Shown: piece after piece, positions 59,624 through 64,000 of the stretch | How positions within the stretch are numbered: the stretch's first letter is position 1 | How the letters are laid out: every line of letters starts with the position of its first letter | Assembly (NCBI GenBank): GCA_964653195.1 | Contig: CAZZCX010000001.1 | Span: 35,290 to 99,289 of the forward strand | Origin: an uncultured Gammaproteobacteria bacterium | GTDB taxonomy: Bacteria; Patescibacteriota; Microgenomatia; Levybacterales; UBA12049 | Direction: 5' to 3' | DNA length: 64,000 nucleotides | Notes under the pieces: generated by a model | The model's database searches: none | Told to the model about the DNA's origin: nothing | Seen by the model: the letters and a program-made list of their open reading frames with translations, nothing else | Position numbers and translations under genes: made by a program

Positions 59624-60403
59624 ATGTATAAATATTTTAAAATTTGGTGGTTACTTATGGTTCGTACGGCGCAAATCGCGCTTGAGTCACGGCTTGGGGT
59701 CATTATATTTCTTTTAGGTAAATTAATTCGTTTCGGAGCATACCTATTTTTTTTAATAGTAATACTATCTAAGACCCAAACTCTGGCCGGGTATTCTGTC
59801 TCACAGGTTCTACTTTTCTTCGCGACATTTAACTTCATCGATACCTCAGCACAGTTTTTACTCCGAGAGGTATATCGTTTTCGTCGCCATATAATCTCAG
59901 GATATTTTGATTACACATTGCTTTGGCCGATATCCCCTCTCTTTAAGTCACTCTTTGGTGGCTCAGATGTTTTAGATATACCTATGATTTTAATTTCTGT
60001 GGGATTAATCATATATACAGTATTTGGCCAAGACGTAACAGTAATGGGAATTATTCTTTATCTGTTTTTGATACTTAATGCTTTTTTTATCGCACTGGCT
60101 TTTCATATATGTGTTCTATCGTTAGGTATACTTACGACTGAAATAGATAATACATTATGGATGTATCGGGATCTGACGCAAATGGGAAGAATTCCAATAG
60201 ATGTATACAAAGAGCCTATTCGAGGCATCATAACATTTGCAGTGCCAGTTGGGATAATGATGACATTTCCCGTAAAAGCAATACTAGGATCACTATCTCT
60301 TTCAGTTGTGATTTTATCATTTAGCATCGGGCTCGTATTTGTCTTTTGTAGTTTATTGTTTTGGAAATATGCATTGAAGCGGTATTCGAGCGCAAGTAGT
60401 TAG
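59624..60403 (+). CDS. ABC-2 type 6 permease, type B copy 2
   Basis: 'GYFDYTLLWP', 'GRIP', 'FWKYALKRYSSASS'; ATG 59624. Confidence 0.85.
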   Translation: MYKYFKIWWLLMVRTAQIALESRLGVIIFLLGKLIRFGAYLFFLIVILSKTQTLAGYSVSQVLLFFATFNFIDTSAQFLLREVYRFRRHIISGYFDYTLLWPISPLFKSLFGGSDVLDIPMILISVGLIIYTVFGQDVTVMGIILYLFLILNAFFIALAFHICVLSLGILTTEIDNTLWMYRDLTQMGRIPIDVYKEPIRGIITFAVPVGIMMTFPVKAILGSLSLSVVILSFSIGLVFVFCSLLFWKYALKRYSSASS

Positions 60404-60460
60404 GTGAAAGAAAGCTGGAGAGTTTTTCGCGCTTCCGGGAAACGAGTAAGCCAGATTCTG

Positions 60461-60491
60461 CTTCGCCCTCCGTAGCTTAAGCGAAGGAGGG
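60461..60491. repeat. REP-like palindrome copy 1 in rnpB
   Basis: CTTCG CCCTCC GTAGC TTAA GCGAA GGAGGG. Confidence 0.75.
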
Positions 60492-60651
60492 TTTACCTCA
60501 ATCATAAAGCCCTAAAAGGACCAAACCGCAATCTATCTAAAAATGATGTTTTATGTCATTTTTTCCCGCTTTAGACGGGATGCCCGTAAACTTTGATGCT
60601 TCCGTATGCCGGTATAACGCATCTTTCGACGGTTGCAGCAGGTAGGATTAC

Positions 60652-60686
60652 CTTTGCCCTCCATAGCTCATATGAGCGAAGGAGGG
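60652..60686. repeat. REP-like palindrome copy 2 in rnpB
   Basis: CTTTG CCCTCC ATAGC TCATATGA GCGAA GGAGGG. Confidence 0.75.
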
Positions 60687-60860
60687 ACCGTTTCATCCAT
60701 CAACCATGATCTTACAATTTTAGGTTAATGATCGTCTCTGTGGTTCTCGTCTTGAGTCAATTCTCAATCCGTGTTTGAAGAGTTTCCCCCTCAAGCCACT
60801 GGCTGTCACCAGCCGGAGCTTACACTCCGTCCCTTTGCATACTGCTGTCTGGACTTTCCT

Positions 60861-60890
60861 CCCCACTTCGCCAAGGCTTCGAGGGGCAAG
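60861..60890. repeat. REP-like palindrome copy 3 in rnpB (opposite orientation)
   Basis: Reverse complement CTTG CCCCTC GAAGC CTTG GCGAA GTGGGG. Confidence 0.7.
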
Positions 60891-60994
60891 CCCATCTTAG
60901 CTTCGGAAAATAGGGTAGCGGTTCTGTTTCCCGGAATCGCTCCTATAGTATATCAAATGTATATGGATTTGACTATTTAGGTGGCAAATCTAGA

Positions 60995-63991
60995 TTAGTG
61001 TTGAATTGAATGGGTCTGACAGATCATTTTAAATTCACAATTTTGGCATATTATACCGCCAGAACAAATAAATTTACTTGTACTGATCTCAGCTACTTTT
61101 TCTGTAATTTGCTGTTTGATTACATCAAGTTGTGACCTTGTTCTAACTGTTGATACCTTTATATCCTGATCGACATACCAGAGGGAAAGGATGACATTTT
61201 CAGGATTACGGTGAAATATTTCGCTTTGGACTTCTGAGGCAGCTAAAGCATAAATTGATAGCTGTAAATCCACATCAAGTTTTTTTTGATCCGGTATCTT
61301 ATACCCAGTCTTATAATCAATAATTTCAATTTTCTCATTATCTAATGAGTCGATTCGATCAATTCTACCTCCAACTTTTAAGCTTGATCCATCTAGTTTT
61401 TTTATGAAGAAACCGAATGCTGTTTCTAGAGCTAGAGGACTTGCTTTTTTATTTGTCTCGTTATTCAAAAAGCGAGTTAAAGATGCCTGAGCATTTATGA
61501 AAGCTTGATTCATGTGTTCTTTGCTTTCAAAGCCAGTAGTGAGCCAATTACGCCTAAGTAATGAATCTATGGATAATTTATTTACATCTTCGTTTGCCAT
61601 TTTTAAATTGAAATAATCTTTTAGAGTGTTATGTATTGAAATTCCTATATTTTGTGCACTAGATGGAGGAGTTGGAATTTTGAGAATATTCTTTAATTTA
61701 TAATGTAACGGACAGATGTCAAAAGATTGGATTTGAGAATAAGAAATGTAGGTGATCGGTACTGGTGTATGGGTGGTAGGTTGTTGCTCGTTATTTGCCG
61801 AATCTATATCATCTTTGCCATTTGTTAACTCCTGCTGCACTTGGTCGTTGGCCAAATCAAGGAGAGAAAGCTGCTTTATTGATTGAGTATACTTCTCTTT
61901 ATTTAATAATTTTTTAACAATTTCTTCACCTATAGCTTCATAAACAAATGGTGAAATTTTTCGAATTGTCTTGCCTTCACTATAATATTGGGATGCGCAA
62001 AGGTATAAGAAACGTTTTGCGCGTGTCATCCCTACGTAAAACAATCTTCTTTCCTCCTGTAGATTATAATCCCCAACGGGCAGTATTTCTTTTATAAGTT
62101 CAATAGATACTGGTATTTGTTCTTTGCGTGCACGTGTTGGAAATCTTTGCGTTACAAGGTTGACTAGAAATACAGCCTTAAATTCAAGACCTTTACTTGA
62201 ATGGATAGTTAAAATATTTACAGCATTGGTATCTGCCCAATCCATATCAGCAGCCTTTGGGCTTTCACCAAGCTGCATAGCAAGTTCAATCCATTCAGAG
62301 GTAGCAAAAACTGATGAATCAATGTGACTGGACTCAAATTCTTTCAACTTTTCAAAAAATTTAGCAACATTTTGAGCACGTTTCTCATCTTGGGGTAATG
62401 AGGCTGCTAGATAATTCTGCAGTAAACCTGAGTCTTCTAGAAAATAGTATAAAATTTGCCCAGCAGTGTCTCTTGGGATTCGTTTAAGATGTTTATTAAT
62501 CATTAAAGTAATTCTTTTTACTTTTTCTTTGGTTACGTCTTTTATATAAATTTGCTCGACTTTTTCTATGGCCTCGAAAAGACTTAGGTTTTGTATTTTT
62601 GCATAATTTATAATTGCTGCGATATCTCGAGCGTCAAGATCAAAAACAGGCATACTAAGGAGGCGATACATAGCGGAGTTATCTTGGAAGTTGGATAAAA
62701 CTTTAAGGTAAGATACTAAATCTTTAATTTCTTCTTGATGAAACAAATGGCCAGGTCCTAAAAACTGATATGGTATTTTAGATCTTTCAAGGCAGCGTAC
62801 AAAAGGCTGTGAATGATCATTTGCTCGAACGAGAATCGCTATATCTTTATATAATAGACCTTTTTCATTCACCAGTTTCTTTATACTTTTTTTGACTTGT
62901 TCTGCTTCATTCTCTATGTTATTGGTGTATAAAAATTCAACAATGCTGTCTGTTTGAACCAGCTTGCTTGCTGAAATGGAAGGATTCAGCATTTCTTGAT
63001 CATTTTTCATGGCAATTAATCTTTTGTCAATTTTTTCTTTGAATTCTAGGCGGTCAGGGTTATTGTGTTGAATTAACTGGTATGCTGAGTCTAGAATCTC
63101 TTTAGATGACCTGTAATTTTTAATAAGTGTAACTATTGTCGCTTGCGGAAAATTCTTTCTGAACTGGATGATATTTGCAATTGCTGCACCTCTCCATCTG
63201 TAAATTGATTGATCGTCGTCTCCTACTACGTTGATATTTTTTTTATCACCAGCTATCAGCATTGCAAGTGTATTTTGAGCGAAGTTTGTATCCTGAAACT
63301 CGTCAACGAGTGTATACTTGAATTTTTCTTGGTAGTATTTTAAGATGTTTGGTCGCTCTCGAAATAAACGAAGAACATTGGCGTTTAAATCCGAGAAATC
63401 CATAATGCCTTCTTGTGATTTGATTTCTTCATAAATTGCATAAGTATTTGCTAATTCAAATATTTTTTTTACTTCGTTTTTTTCCTGCGTTTTATCTTTT
63501 GCAAATTTTTCTGCAAATTTCTTATAATCTTTGGTTGTTATATCATCATCTTTAAGCCGATTAAAATGCTGTATAAGTCCTTGCAAAAATTTATATGGAC
63601 TACCTAAAGGCCTAAAGTAATCAAGTTTTAATTTAAATATATTTTTTTTTAGTAATAGCATCGCTTCAGCCTCAGTTGATAGCTTATAAGAAGGATTTAG
63701 TCCAATGTGTATAGCTTCATCACGAAGGATGCGATCACAGAATGAATGAAAAGTTGATATCCAAAGCTGTGTATATCCGTAAGGAAGTACTACATCAACT
63801 CGGGATTCCATCTCTAACGCTGCTTTTTCAGTAAAAGTTAATGCAAGTATACTGGATGGATCAATTTGTTTTTCAAGTATTAAGTGTTTAATGCGTTGGG
63901 TGACAACAGTAGTTTTACCAGTTCCAGCTCCCGCAATAATAAGTAATGGTCCTTGTCCATGCTTGACTGCTTTGAGTTGTTCTTCATTCAA
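60995..63991 (-). CDS. UvrD-like SF1 helicase fused to PD-(D/E)XK nuclease with putative Fe-S cluster
   Basis: AGAGTGKT, DEFQD, NYRS, TIHSSKGLEF, EERRLFYVGMTRA; nuclease GRIDRID, IIDYKTG, QLSIYA; Cys pattern CPLHY ... C..CQNC.....C. Confidence 0.9.
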   Translation of the reverse strand: MNEEQLKAVKHGQGPLLIIAGAGTGKTTVVTQRIKHLILEKQIDPSSILALTFTEKAALEMESRVDVVLPYGYTQLWISTFHSFCDRILRDEAIHIGLNPSYKLSTEAEAMLLLKKNIFKLKLDYFRPLGSPYKFLQGLIQHFNRLKDDDITTKDYKKFAEKFAKDKTQEKNEVKKIFELANTYAIYEEIKSQEGIMDFSDLNANVLRLFRERPNILKYYQEKFKYTLVDEFQDTNFAQNTLAMLIAGDKKNINVVGDDDQSIYRWRGAAIANIIQFRKNFPQATIVTLIKNYRSSKEILDSAYQLIQHNNPDRLEFKEKIDKRLIAMKNDQEMLNPSISASKLVQTDSIVEFLYTNNIENEAEQVKKSIKKLVNEKGLLYKDIAILVRANDHSQPFVRCLERSKIPYQFLGPGHLFHQEEIKDLVSYLKVLSNFQDNSAMYRLLSMPVFDLDARDIAAIINYAKIQNLSLFEAIEKVEQIYIKDVTKEKVKRITLMINKHLKRIPRDTAGQILYYFLEDSGLLQNYLAASLPQDEKRAQNVAKFFEKLKEFESSHIDSSVFATSEWIELAMQLGESPKAADMDWADTNAVNILTIHSSKGLEFKAVFLVNLVTQRFPTRARKEQIPVSIELIKEILPVGDYNLQEERRLFYVGMTRAKRFLYLCASQYYSEGKTIRKISPFVYEAIGEEIVKKLLNKEKYTQSIKQLSLLDLANDQVQQELTNGKDDIDSANNEQQPTTHTPVPITYISYSQIQSFDICPLHYKLKNILKIPTPPSSAQNIGISIHNTLKDYFNLKMANEDVNKLSIDSLLRRNWLTTGFESKEHMNQAFINAQASLTRFLNNETNKKASPLALETAFGFFIKKLDGSSLKVGGRIDRIDSLDNEKIEIIDYKTGYKIPDQKKLDVDLQLSIYALAASEVQSEIFHRNPENVILSLWYVDQDIKVSTVRTRSQLDVIKQQITEKVAEISTSKFICSGGIICQNCEFKMICQTHSIQH

Positions 63992-64000
63992 CTCAATTAG

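Larger units (their letters stand above)
60429..60940 (-). ncRNA. rnpB: RNase P RNA (enlarged, ~512 nt)
   Basis: P1 TTCCGGGAAAC/GTTTCCCGGAA, GAGGAAAGTCC, ACAGAGACG, GATGAAACGG, TAGATAGATTGCGGTT pairing AACCGC, CAGAATCTGGCTTA; TGATATACT -10 just upstream. Confidence 0.9.

Noticed and set aside
60771-60980. 69-aa ORF on plus strand
   Set aside because: Antisense to RNase P RNA; open because of higher GC.
1-64000. Alternative genetic code (UGA=Gly)
   Set aside because: TGA ends conserved genes at expected positions (rpsJ, rplP, rplO, hup) and Gly motifs use GGN.

Overview
AT-rich bacterial chromosomal window whose gene content fits a Patescibacteria/CPR genome, probably Microgenomates (inference: rpsE abuts rplO with no uL30, shortened PcrA/TPI/uL2, many apparently leaderless genes, TGA used as stop so code 11). 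Layout: (1) 0-19 kb envelope block with FemABX, PcrA, TPI, LCP, three GT-C membrane glycosyltransferases, GT4, methyltransferases, an FAD oxidoreductase, an FN3/Ig surface protein and PilN/O/P-like genes; (2) fusA, four accessory genes, tuf and the S10-spc-alpha cluster plus rplM-rpsI (19-44 kb); (3) accessory genes, tRNA-Pro(GGG), a four-helix-bundle gene, recA-recX, a divergent UPRTase-like gene, an AsnRS-catalytic-domain/MGS fusion, rny, HU, an ABC ATPase with four permeases, an enlarged RNase P RNA and a UvrD-nuclease (44-64 kb). The most striking unexplained signal is a family of short repeat-derived hairpins: heptamer-periodic inverted arms flank the four-helix-bundle gene just upstream of tRNA-Pro, empty periodic hairpins fill ribosomal-operon spacers, periodic tracts sit in frame inside proteins, and three copies of a ~30-nt REP-like palindrome lie inside RNase P RNA. 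Other candidates are two terminator hairpins directly before start codons (rplC; the AsnRS-MGS fusion with a 14-aa leader ORF), a structured infA leader, a possible AUU start for HU and a frameshift-like 5' end of the UPRTase-like gene. All calls come from reading motifs by eye; no database searches or folding programs were run.
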